NCBI GenBank assembly: GCA_028534125.1
Contig: CM052817.1
Span: 29,762,001 to 29,826,000, forward strand
DNA from: Lama glama
Lineage: Eukaryota
Reading direction: 5' to 3'
DNA: 64,000 nt
In this document: one piece after another, positions 13,310 through 24,910 of the stretch
Position numbering within the stretch: the stretch's first letter is position 1
Layout of the letters: each line of letters begins with the position of its first letter
Notes under the pieces: model-generated
What the model saw: only the letters and a program-made list of their open reading frames with translations
The model's database searches: none
Told to the model about the DNA's origin: nothing
Position numbers and translations under genes: made by a program

Positions 13310-13800
13310 TCTTTTTAAACTCCTCCAGGGCTACACATTATTTTTAATGTATTCAACTGCTTTCTCTAGACTCTGCTTTACTCTTTTAGCCAATCTTGTG
13401 CCATTCTTCCCCTTGTGCTTTGGGTTACTGTCACTTTGACTCTTCAAATAGCCTGACCTTCATTATAGGGTTTATGTACTTGCTAATTAACTACCACACA
13501 TCTAGAACATATCAATTTAATCATCGCAAATTTTAAAGAAACATTTTCTAAATTCTAAAATTTAAGTAAGTTTCTTTGTTACTAGGTTTCAGTGAATCAT
13601 TCATCTTTGATGCAGAGCATTTATCTCAGTATATACTTAAATATTCGTAAGTACAATTATAGGATTGATACTTTTCTCCCCACAGTAATCCATCAAATTA
13701 CTTAGAGCAGGGGTTCCATTTGCATTTCTACTCCATTTGATCTCAAAGACTTAGCACAAAGTCTGGAATGTACCATCTGTTGAGTAAATACATTTCAAAT
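13310..13800 (+). mobile_element. L2 3' fragment
   Basis: Pyrimidine-rich L2 body and the terminal cttagcacaaagtctggaatgta...gagtaaata motif. Confidence 0.55.
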
Positions 13801-14865
13801 TATAGGATAAATAAATATGTTGGTCTATGATTGTCTATCTTCATTCTTAAAATGTATTAGGGATTTTTCCTTTATGTATTCATTCCATTATGCGTATTTC
13901 CATGGGCATTTTAACAGTTAGTATCAAATTTGCTGGATACTCCTGTATCTTATTGTGTTAAACAGTCAGTAAAAATGATTTTTAAACTAAATTCCTTTAC
14001 AATAATCATAAATACCCTTTTGCACTTATTCTATAAGAATTGTTGAGTCAAATGAAATGTTAACATGATGTCCTATATAATTTGAGTCTTAAAGTACTAC
14101 AAATATCAACTCTAAGTAGTTATCATTTAAAATATCTATTAAACTTTACATGTGGAATAATTGACATTTAAAAATCTGTATGGAATTAGCTATGGCCAAC
14201 CTACGTAGTTTGGGGAAAGAATTAGATGGCTTAGATAAATGTGAAACACTAGTAAATAGCATTTCCTGCAAAGAAGCCATTGTTTATGTTTTCAGACCCT
14301 TCACTTGGTTTAGTAGATTTCTCATCTTATATGTTTCTCACAGCATAAAATCTAGATGGTTCAGTCATCTGCTACATTCCATTAATTTTTTTAAGTCTAC
14401 TGTTATCTCTACCCCTGCATATATGGGTGTGTTTCTATTGTAACAAATAAAATATTCTGATTTTCTTCTCATATGAACCTTAAATATTACCAAGTAAAGC
14501 AAGGCAGCTTATAAAAGGCAAAATGGAACTAAACATCACAGTGAACTAATGATTGGTTACCAAAATTTGAGTCTAGTAATTCAATTTTAACTTACTATGT
14601 TGCTCACAGATATTTAATTGCTAATAAGACTAGAGATGTGTATGATATAAAATTTATGTTCATAGTGGTGAGATAAAACTAACTTCCTTTCAGAGTTTTA
14701 AATTTGGTTGCATCTACTTCTTTTATGGTGGTTATCATATAAATCAAATTGTATATGTGATGTCTATATAGAAGCCTCAAGGTGAAAGAAAAATAATATG
14801 TAACTGATAATTTCTGTCATCATCCCCTGGATACATTATCACTGTCTTATTTCCTGTGCTCACAG

Positions 14866-14893
14866 CTTGAAAAAAATAAACTCTAGATGTAGA
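14866..14893 (+). CDS. candidate 28-bp exon (LKKINSRCR), unverified
   Basis: Acceptor tcttatttcctgtgctcacag and donor AGA|gtaagc; open frame ending in phase 0. Confidence 0.2.
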
Positions 14894-16288
14894 GTAAGCC
14901 TGAGAAGGAATGAATCTTTAACTTAGATGTTGAATATAAAAACTCCATTGAACAGCTGAGTATTGCCCTAAAGAAATAAGCAGGCATCTCTAACACATGG
15001 CAAGACCACTGATTCAATGTTTATTTAGAAATAAAATTAAATTACATGCCAATGTGTTTTCCAAGCACGTGCAGATCTCTGAATTAATAGTTAGCATATC
15101 AAGTCTTTTATTTTTTTTTCTTATGGCTATTATTTAATACATTTAAAATTGTTGCCCTGAACTAGTAGATCCAATTGTTTATGATATAGTGATGAATTCA
15201 AATTAGTTGAGATAATAACTTTCTTATGGCAAGATGTCAGGGTAATTAAGTTCCCATATCCACATTACCACCAAGCTGTATTATACAATACTCATATATT
15301 TAAGAAGACCAAAGGACTGATTCTGGCAAACTTCCACATATACCCTTTATCTCAGAGAGCTAGATTTTAATTTCATGATTAAAGAAAACTTTGTTTTCTT
15401 TCTCATCTCTGTATTCCAAATGCTTTGCACAGTGGCTATGATAATAAAATTTCAATAATTGCTTGTTAAATTAATCCATAAAGATGAGTAAGGACTGACA
15501 TAATCAAAAGTGGGACTGAATGAGAGATGATCACTGACTGAAGAAACGCAAAAGCTGCATTGGAAAATAACAAATGGTAAAGAAGGATTATAAAGCTTAA
15601 AAAAAAATTTCTACTTAAAATTCCTCAAACAGAAAAAGAGATTTACAGTAAGAGACGCCAAGGGGAAAAAAAAAAACCCTTCTCACAGGAATCATCCTAA
15701 ATCAAGGGGAAAATGCTGGATTGTTCATTGAGCCTAGGATAGAGTTTATCTAGCCTAGAACAGTGTATCTATAGACATGATACTTCAAGGTGAAAAGAAA
15801 ACAGAAATGGGAAAATGTGGAGAGATTTAGGTTACAGTGTCTTGGATTAATGTATTACTCACTGTCTATTATTCTGTTCATCCACCTGCCATCTTTCCAT
15901 CTATCCAAGTAGCAATGTATGTAAAAATATTAAAAGAAAAAAACTCACAAATTATATAGTGTTTATCTCTGTGAGGTAAGATTAGGGTTATTATTTTATT
16001 TCACTATATTATTGAGCATTTTCCAAAGTATATAAAATTAAAGTGTCATGCTTTATAATCATACAGAAGTGCTCATGATTTTCTCAGATAAAAGAAATCA
16101 ATAACTGTTACGTTTATAAAATAAGATTATTTCTGTGATGTAGACAAAAGTGAGCATGTGCTGTGGGGATAAACAACCCCCAGGAATAGTTGGCAAAAGA
16201 ATGATCAGAATCCTACAAAGTTAGACTAAAAAGTCACATTTGATTTTGTTATTACTAATGAATCAGCAGTGACATATTGTTTTCCAAG

Positions 16289-16312
16289 ATAAGAACACAA
16301 ACATTTTCTAAG
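16289..16312 (+). CDS. candidate 24-bp phase-0 microexon (IRTQTFSK), unverified
   Basis: Branch-like tactaat about 30 nt upstream, acceptor ttgttttccaag, donor AAG|gtaggt. Confidence 0.2.
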
Positions 16313-16449
16313 GTAGGTAACCTGTCTGGAAAAAAGAGTGAGATATGAACAAAAGGACTAGTCATGTGCACACATAGCTCACAGGCAGAGTTTCGTATGG
16401 ATAGATCCATTTAGAAATGTCTTCTTATTCAACCACTGTTTCACTAATT

Positions 16450-16910
16450 TAAACATTTTCAACCTGTGTTCGTGCCTCACGTGAAGATGAGTAGTTTGGC
16501 TAAGTATGTATGGTTTAGGGCCACTTACAAGGTTGCAACAGAGCTCCTGTCTGGGACTACAGTTTCTGAAAACTTGACTGGAGCTGGAGAATGTATTCTC
16601 ATCTCACTCACTTGGATGTTGGCAAGAGGCTCCAGTTACTCATCACATGAACCTTTTCATAGGGCTGATAGCAACATGAGAGCTAGATTCTCCCAGAGAC
16701 AGTGCTCTAAGAGAGAAAACAAGAATGCATATAACAGAAAGAGCAGCCCAGTGCCTTTTATAACCTTATCTTGAAAGTGACATACCATCATTTATGCAAA
16801 ATTCTATTGGTCACACAGGCACAGCCTGATGCAATGTGGGAAGGGATCATACAAAGTCTGAAATACAAGATGTGCGGGTCACTGGGACTGTCTTGGCATG
16901 TCTACCTCAC
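16450..16910 (-). mobile_element. MLT1F/G-like MaLR LTR
   Basis: cttgactggagctggaga...ttggcaagaggctccagtt...aagtgacataccatcattt...ttctattggtcacacag antisense MLT1F. Confidence 0.7.
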
Positions 16911-17040
16911 TGCTTAAGTGCTTGCACCCTCTGTCTCTGCTTATGTTAAAAGCCAAGTTTAACTTAAAACACTAAGAGTGTCTTAGCTTATAATTTTGTA
17001 AGACTGATAAGACTCATTTCATGATGAGGATTTTGGATGT

Positions 17041-17330
17041 TTAAGTTACTTGGTGTCCCATGGTCAGCCATGCTGTCTTTCGGAACCAGTAGCATGTCAG
17101 GAGTTGTATTTCAAAAGCTTTAATCTTTCCACAGCAGATGTAATGGACTTGCTTCAGAACCCCAATATTCTCCCATGAATCTTGTCTCATAGTCCGTATA
17201 ATATCCTTTCTCACCACTGATAGCACCAAAAGGGTTTGCCAGATTCAGTGGTCCAGGGTGCAGAGTTGCTTGCATCACAGCCTGGACCTGCCACAGAACC
17301 AACCTGCTCCAAGCTTCACACACAGCTGTT
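17041..17330 (-). pseudogene. pol: ERV-L pol fragment (RT/RNase H connection region)
   Basis: ORF-track peptides WQVQAVMQATLHPGP and AFEIQLLTCYW...LTMGHQVT match recalled HERV-L Pol QQVQAAVQAALPLGP and PFEKQLLACYW...LTMGHQVT; frameshifted. Confidence 0.8.
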
Positions 17331-17339
17331 ACCCCTTTG

Positions 17340-17792
17340 TAATGTGGGCCAGAACATTTTTCCTAGATTTGAAATATACTATATCTAAAACTCAGAGTGG
17401 CCCACCAGGAATTGAGCTTTTTTCTTCATGGTAGGAAGGAGACTTGAAGTGCAATAATTTGTCTTTTAATTTGGATAGGTCCCAGCATGCCGTTGACAAC
17501 TTGCTCCCCAAATATTTTATGGCCATGACCTCTTCCATCATGGTTGTTTTGGGGAGAGAGGGAGACAATTTGTCTCTTTAGTTCATAGATTTCCAGATTG
17601 AAAGAAATATATTTGGGAGCTACCCTTAAAGAACAAAATCTGAAGAATTATATCTGCACCCAAACCTGAGGAGATTTTACACTTTGACCTGATTCTATAA
17701 TGAGATGGAACTTCAGTGGTCTATGTGAATGAATAAATTAATCTTGCATGTGGGGAAGGACATGAATCTCCTTTGGGGGTCTGAGGGCATAC
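17340..17792 (+). mobile_element. MLT1-int 3' internal region
   Basis: ttgcatgtggggaaggacatgaatctcctttgggggtctgagggcatac is the typical MaLR internal end and PPT abutting the LTR TG. Confidence 0.7.
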
Positions 17793-18250
17793 TGTAGTGG
17801 TCAGGTTCCACTGTGGCTCTCAGTCATCCCTGCCTTTTGGTTTTACCAGTGTGTGACCCCTCCTCTCATTAAATAGGGCTAAGCTAAGTAATCACTAGGA
17901 TAGCATGTAAATGATGGAGTGTGACTTCTGAGGCTCAGTCATGCGAGACACTGTTTTCTTCATCTTGCCCTGTTAAAACTAAGACCTCCTGCCAGCAGCA
18001 GAGTTCAACTGAGGCCTTATGCTAACAGCTACGTGAGTGACCCACTTTGGTAGTGCACCCTCCAGCCCCAGTCGAGCCTGTAGATGACACTAGCTCTGGC
18101 TGACATACCAACTGAAACTTTTGAGAAGATCCTGAACAAGAACCATGTGGCTAAGCCACTCCTGAATTTCTGATCCACAGAAACTTGAAATTATTCAGTT
18201 TATTGTTTAAAGCTGCTAAGTTTGTTAAACATCAGTAATTAACTAATAGA
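17793..18250 (+). mobile_element. MLT1F-like MaLR 3' LTR
   Basis: tgtagtgg start; ctccagccccagtcgagcct...gctaagccactcctgaatttctgatccacagaaac...taactaata end. Confidence 0.8.
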
Positions 18251-18610
18251 AACACCTAAACCTAGCCTGGGAAGAAAATGAATAGACTTTGCAATAAAAT
18301 GGACCATCTGTGATGTTTGGCAGCATATCTAATTTGGAGATCTAGAGTTCAGCAAGGCTACTATAATACATGTCAATAAATATTGATCGAAGACTCTCCC
18401 AATAGGTTTATGAGTTATTTGATCTACTGCCATCATGGATGTTAGTTAAATCAGAACCAGAGCTGGAATTTTTTTTTTTTCTTGAGAGAGAGGTTTTTCC
18501 CCACATGAAATAGAGATAGGCAATACAGTTGCTTTTGACACAGCAGAATTTCTAGGGACTAATCATATGAGAACGAGTTGAATTTCAAAGGTTCCTTTTT
18601 TATCTTTAAG

Positions 18611-18661
18611 ACAGAGGAAAAGAAAAGCCAATTCTCAAAACAGATTGATGGGAACAATATG
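18611..18661 (+). CDS. candidate 51-bp phase-0 exon (TEEKKSQFSKQIDGNNM), unverified
   Basis: Acceptor gttccttttttatctttaag, donor ATG|gtgagg, open frame, non-repeat sequence. Confidence 0.35.
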
Positions 18662-18771
18662 GTGAGGTTTAGGCAAACAATTTTAACCATGTTAATAATG
18701 AATGTCTGTGTATATACAGTCCTGCTAGCAATACCATGTATGCTACTAAATTGCTCTGAATTTTTGCCCAG

Positions 18772-18900
18772 AATTCTCATAATGAAAGTAGTTTGGAGAC
18801 AGATAATTATGCAAATTGTCCCAAACTGCAAGGAATACTACTACAAGCTGTAATTGAGAATCATCAATCTTTTAAGTTTTATGCAGACAGATATCTGAAG
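18772..18900 (+). CDS. candidate 129-bp phase-0 exon (NSHNESSLETDNYANCPKLQGILLQAVIENHQSFKFYADRYLK), unverified
   Basis: Branch-like tactaaa, acceptor tttttgcccag, donor AAG|gtgagc, 43 open codons in frame with the preceding candidate. Confidence 0.4.
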
Positions 18901-18974
18901 GTGAGCTCAAAATCTGCAAAATTCCTCCAAAGGTTAATTCTGCCCAAACCACCTAGGTTTTTTTTTCCTTGCAG

Positions 18975-19019
18975 AATGACACAGGTCTTAACAAAAATGA
19001 CTTTAGTTTGTTTATTTGA
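18975..19019 (+). CDS. candidate terminal exon coding part (NDTGLNKNDFSLFI*), unverified
   Basis: Strong acceptor ttttttttccttgcag after a 74-bp candidate intron; AATAAA at 19193-19198. Confidence 0.25.
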   Translation, partial: NDTGLNKNDFSLFI

Positions 19020-19464
19020 AGACAGAAGAAGTGATACAACTAAAATTCAATTTAAAGTATCTTGGAAAGGATCAGAGTTTTTTAAATAAGTATTTTATAA
19101 CCAGGGCCAGAAAACAGTGAAGACTTGCCTGTTGTTTGCTTATATATGTATAACTAAAGGTAAACTTTTCTTTCCCTCGTTTTCACTCAAACAATAAAGC
19201 CTGAGGAAAGAACATATATTGCCTATATTCTGTATATTCCCAAGTGATGAGCTAGCCCACCTGTGTACAAGCCCTTCCATTTCTAGCTCACACTGAGGAT
19301 TTAAGAAGGCTGTAGTTAAGAGAGAAGAATTTCTTTGGGAAGGGTTGTTTGTTGGACTGTGATCTTTTGCCTACCTCAAACATATAGGAGTGAAGAGGGG
19401 CACTTTCTCCTTCAGTCAGTACAAAAATGAAATTCATAACAATCACTTAGCTTATAATATGTCC

Positions 19465-20313
19465 TGTAACATATTTTGAGTTTGTCCCATGCCTGAGAAA
19501 TATGAAGGCTAAGAGCTGCAGGCTTGGTGGAAAAGTGGAAAGAAATGGCTCTGCTGGGAGCTAGGTGTGCTTTCTTCCACTCATGAAAGGTGCCTTTTCA
19601 CTTGTATACTGTGTGTCACAGAAGCCTCACTGGGGCCTTTTGAAATTAAGTCCAGCCATAGTATGCCTTGCATAAGGGACCTCGGCAATAAGATGCCAAT
19701 TTGGGGTCACTGTATGTATTCGGGTGTGGGGGTGAGTTGAGGAAGAGATAAATGGCCAGCCAGAGAAGAGACACTGACCTGTCAAAGGGATCTACAAATA
19801 GAGGCACCTGGGGAAACTCTCTCTGAGAAAACCATAAAAAATTCCAGTTAATAAAAGACAGATCCACACGGAGATTCTGCTCTACCTGAAAGACATCTGA
19901 GCCAGATTATTTTGTGCTAATTAAGACTTTCATTTCCCTCTTCTCTATATCCTCAGTTCTAATCCTGGATATATAAGATACTGTTTGGCAAGAGGGGACG
20001 AGTAGGAGATAACTAAGAATCACTGAGAAGTCAACCACAGTCCCTTTCCCCACCATAGTTTGCACAGCCCAAAGGAATGTCAAACTGGCAGGAGGGAAAA
20101 GCTTTAATGTTAAATGAAGTTGAGTGTTGAGATGATTAATCTGGTTTGGATATTTCCATTGTATTATCTAAGAATGAAAAAAAAAAGTCATAATCACCTG
20201 TATAACCAAACATCAGAAATTAAGTAGCACAGTGAGTGCATTTGAAGATATATGAGGCAGAGTGGGAAAAATAAAGTTATTTTCTGATTCTACCTTATTG
20301 AGTTCTCATTACA
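19465..20313 (+). mobile_element. ancient LTR (LTR78-like)
   Basis: TGTAAC start, ATTACA end, aataaagttattttctgatt near the 3' end, GC-richer than its flanks; family uncertain. Confidence 0.45.
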
Positions 20314-20758
20314 CAGAGAAAAATAATTAGCCAGTACCAGAGACATAGTATGTGCTCAAGAAGGCAAAACTTTTATGATTAGTTGTTAGTTATCCTACTG
20401 CATATCTTTGTGGATATACAATTTCAACATATAAAAACAAATTCTACTTTTCTTTTTTTTTTTTTTTGCCAAGGATGACATACATATTGGCATCAAAATG
20501 ACCATGGAAAAATGTCCATGTTTTATACATTCTAAACTGCATTTTTCCTGCTTAACTGTATTTTTGTTCAAAAGGAAAAGTCATTTTTTGTGGGGATGGG
20601 GTTGGATTTGTTTCACAAAGTAAGCATTAAATTTTTCATGGGTGAAAAAGTTATAATTCATTGTAAAATTTGCTCTGATATTTTGTTTATTTACAGTAAA
20701 TATAATGCAACAAAATGCAGTATATGCAAAATGTCTGTAGGCACTGAGAGAAAGGTAC

Positions 20759-21364
20759 TGTAGCTCCTGATGAAAATCCTATGTATGATTGTCCAGGCCC
20801 GACCATGAACAATTCTATGTTATTGCCTAGCAGGTCTCATGGGGGAAGATGACTGTCCACACACTGCCCTTGGCACATAGCCAGGATACTGCCGCCTCTG
20901 GAGGGAGTTTCAGTCAAGGACTCGGGCCTGCCAAGACCAGCCAAGCTCCTGTGTATATTTGCACTTCCAGTACAGGCACCTTCCTTGTGAGGCCTTTTTT
21001 TTTTTTTTTTTTTTTTTTTAATCAGGGACCTTGGCTAAGACACTTTTCTCCACTCCAGCTCTGCCTTTCTAGAGCTAGTCCTTCCCCCTCTCCACCCTCT
21101 GGCTCCTCAGGTCCATAAGGAGGCTTTACAAGCATCTTTGTTCAGTGCTTCTCAGCAGTGAGAAGATTACTCCAGCCGCTGCTGCATGTCACCTAATCCT
21201 CTCCCATAACCATTTTGTGGGGGGAAGTGAAACCCTGGGGAGCTGGTGCCTTTCTTTTTGGCCTCTTGCTTATACTGTCACAGCAAATGAATAAAGGCTT
21301 GATCACAACTTTCAATTTAGTTCATTGTTCTAACTGACCACCTCCACACCTGGCAAGCTCAACA
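20759..21364 (+). mobile_element. MER74/MER73-like ERVL solo LTR
   Basis: TG...CA termini, aataaaggcttgat near the 3' end, imperfect 5-bp flanks ggtac/ggtga, internal poly(T) expansion at about 20995-21019. Confidence 0.65.
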
Positions 21365-21619
21365 GGTGAAGCTTTCATTCGATTCTCAAAGGGGGCTGTT
21401 TCCCCAAAAATGTTAAAGGATCTTGCTTGGTGAGTTTCAGCCCATGTAGGAGTTTAGCTTTGTGACCAAGAATAGGAATGGATTTGATTAAGTCTCTCTC
21501 AACCATGATGCAATATATTTCTCAACTGTTTGTTGAAAGAGTCAAGGAGGCCACTGACATAATGAAGCAGATTAAGAAGCATAAATAATAAAAACTATGT
21601 TTCATATGGCAGTAAATAT

Positions 21620-21800
21620 GTACAAAGCCCTGTACACATTTTTATCTTATTTAAGCAATAAAACAGACCTTAGCAGTAAACGCTATTATCCTCATTTTAT
21701 TAAAAAAAAACCTAAAAACAAAGAATGATTAAGAAAACTTAACAATATTATACAACCAGTATGATGTTTGACTCCAAAGTCTGTTTTCTTGACCACACTA
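21620..21800 (-). mobile_element. MIR SINE fragment
   Basis: ctattatcctcattttat...tttgactccaaagtctgttttcttgaccacact. Confidence 0.55.
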
Positions 21801-22409
21801 TTACCTTCTATAGTGGAAATAAAACTTTCCTCATTCTTAGATCCTTAAAAAATTTTCCATAAGACCTAACTCAGTCAGAATATATCATTTATCTTATAAT
21901 TTTTTAAGCACACAGGAAATAATAAAAACTAACCTAGGTTCAAGTATTCCTTACAGCTTTTGTTTCCTTAATCATCACCCACTCAACTGCCTTCATTCCG
22001 TAAGCTTTTACCCACTTTTCTGCTACACTTGATCATCAGCTTCAACATTCCTCTACATTTTTATAGACATGTCGTATTTTCTAGGGAAGTGGGTCACTTT
22101 TCTTGCTCATTAAATCCGACAATTTGTTTTTCTGATACCGAATAATATTGTATACCCTATAAGATATCAATTACTTTCAAAATCACAGAGTTCTGTATTT
22201 CCATTCCCACATCCTGCTGTAACCACATAATAATCAATTTGTACAACACATTGATGTACACCATAAATCATCACTTTTTGAAAGTGGCACATCTCCTGCT
22301 GTATTCCATTATACTCCCTCTTCCCAATAATTTTTAAAACTGTAAAATTTTGGATATATGACTGCAAATATAAATCACCAATAACTGCAGAAAGAAGTGG
22401 TATCTTGGT

Positions 22410-22615
22410 TTAATACATAAAACTGGGCTTTGGGATCAAACAGCGGTGCTAATCTTAACTCCAGCCTTGAAAAGCTACATGATTTTGGAGAGGTATTTGC
22501 TTCTCTGAGTCTGTCTCCTCACTGTGAAAGGAGGATTACTCTCACTTTGCAGTTATTGTGAAAAAATCTAGATAATGTACCAAAAATGCTTGGCTTACTG
22601 CTTGGCAGCTAATAA
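22410..22615 (+). mobile_element. MIR SINE
   Basis: gggctttgggatcaaacag...cttctctgagtctgtctcctcactgtgaaa...gataatgtac...tgcttggc. Confidence 0.7.
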
Positions 22616-22806
22616 TACAAAGATCAAACCATTTTGACAGCTAGGCTTGTGTTAAGAACTTTATAGTTTTTGTCTGGTTTGATTTAACCCTCACCAGAAC
22701 ATTATGATGCACAGACTTATTGCAACAAGAGCTGTCTTTCCCATTTCTTCATTTTCTGAAGAAAATCATATGCATACTCCATTTCTGGTGTTTTTGTTGA
22801 GAGCCA

Positions 22807-23178
22807 TGCTACGGACTGAATTGGGCCCCTGATAAAATTCATATATTGAAACCCTAACTCGCAATGTAACTGTATTTAGAGATGGGACCTTTGAGAAATA
22901 ATTAAGGTCAGATGAGGTCATAAGGGTAGAGTCCTCATGACGGCATTAGTGGCTTTATGAGAAGAGAGAAAGACTGCACTCTCTTTCCCGTTGAAGACAC
23001 GGAGAGAAGGTGGCTGTCTGCAAACTGCAAAGAGGGCCTTTACCAGGTCCAATCTGCTGACACCTTGATCTTGGACTTCAAGATACTGATCTTAGTGTCC
23101 AGAACTCTGAGAAGTAAATGTCTTGTTTAAGCCACCCAGTCAGGTGTTTTGTTATAGCAGCCTAAGTAGATTAACACA
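22807..23178 (+). mobile_element. MLT1A/MLT1A0 MaLR solo LTR, full length
   Basis: tgctacggactgaatt start, ttaacaca end, canonical internal motifs; 5-bp flanks agcca/agctg. Confidence 0.85.
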
Positions 23179-24465
23179 AGCTGAGATGCAATATCTTTAT
23201 ATCACTGTTATTTAAACTAATAATCACTATCTGATTGCATGTGTTTATTCCAGCAATTGAATTTCACTTATCGAATTATATATATTTTTCAACACCTACA
23301 TCAAAAAACCATTTCCTTTTTCTCTCATGCATTGTTCTTTCTTAACATTGCCATCTGAAAAATAATCCCCATATTCTTTCTTGTTTTCTTAAAAGAGACA
23401 GTGTATCCTTGTGGACAGAGACTATTTGTTTTTCAATCTGTAATCTTGTGTAACCTATAGCAGAAACTCACTGAATACTTCATTGAACTAATGCAATAAC
23501 GTAATGGAAGGTGATTAAGTTTTGTTCTATATACTTTGAACTATTTGGTTATATTGATAAGGAGAAGCATGTATTTATTGGCAAAAAATCTCATAACAAA
23601 TACTTCATGTAGTTTGATCTCATTCACATATATATTCATAGGTATATATAGAGAGAAATATGTATAAATACATCCATATTCATATACATTTATATAGATA
23701 TATGCAGAAATATAATATGGACATACTAAAACGTCAGATATAGCACCCTGAATGTAAGTTTGAGGGTGACTTTTTCTCCTGCATATTATGTATATTTTTT
23801 CCAAAATGTACTACTTTCAACTCTGTAATAAAATATTAAAATTCAGATAATTTTTTAAAAATATTAAGTCACTTTTAATGAAGCTATAAAAAATAATAAA
23901 GCAATTAGATACATAGAATTTCAATTCCATGAAGTGAAAAAAATTCAGATTCCATGTCAAGCCAACTGCCAAATTCAATGACACTTTCTGAGTCATATTT
24001 TAGTCATATTTTGTCAAGTTTGGTAGAAATAAAAACTGAATGAAGCACGTTGAGGAGGTTTAAATTGCTTTGAGTTTTTATACATCAATAAAACTATAAG
24101 TGATCTCTCATCATGTTCTACTTTTTAAAAAATAAAGGAGAGATAAATAATTTGTATATCTAGGCCACACTTTAGGTTAGAAAAAGCAAAACACACTTGT
24201 TTTCAAGAATTATTTCTAGAGAATACAGTTTGAGGTCAGTGCCCTAAATATTAGTTTAAATTATTTAGGCCTTTAAAAATGTATTTTCTGTAGATATGTA
24301 TTACTTAAACCAATAATTTAAAATCTGGGCAGTTAATTTAAAAGCAAAATAAGGGATTTTTAAAAAGTTCAATAATTAGCATACATATTCTGTTTTTACA
24401 ATATAATATCATTTTAAAAGATGTATAAATAAATAAAAATGTCAAGACATTTATCATTCTTTGAG

Positions 24466-24590
24466 AATAATGTAACCTATAATGAAAAACAATATGAAAA
24501 TGAATATATGTATGTATATGTATGACTGAAACACTATACTATACACCAGAAATTGACATATTATAACTGACTATGCTTCAATAAAAATAG
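24466..24590 (+). mobile_element. lineage-specific L1 3' terminus (artiodactyl, camelid-like), heavily 5'-truncated
   Basis: gtaacctataatgaaaaacaatatgaaaatgaatatatg...acaccagaaattgacatattataactgactatgcttcaataaaa. Confidence 0.75.
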
Positions 24591-24619
24591 AAATATATTA
24601 ATTCATTAGTTTAAAGATA

Positions 24620-24910
24620 CAGTATGGTATTTGGCTAAGAACACAAAATCTAACAGAAGTCTATCTAACAACAAATGTGAAAACAAGTACTTGTTGACTG
24701 TGTGATAGAACAAATTTTTTCCTCAACTTTTGTTGTTTTTGTTTGTTTTATTGAACAAGTTATTTAATTTGTCATTAACTCAGTTTCCTCATCTGTGAAG
24801 TGGAGATGATAATATTTAGCTCCTGGGTTAGTTTAGATGACTAATTAATTTAAATGTGAAAGCATTTAGAATAGTAGCTCCTATGTACTGTGTGACCTAT
24901 ACGCTTATCA
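24620..24910 (+). mobile_element. MIR SINE
   Basis: cagtatggtatttggctaagaacac...tcagtttcctcatctgtgaagtggagatgataata. Confidence 0.75.

Noticed and set aside
14344..14426. Acceptor/donor pair upstream of the candidate exon cluster
   Set aside because: Its only open frame ends in phase 1 and gives an immediate stop when joined to 14866
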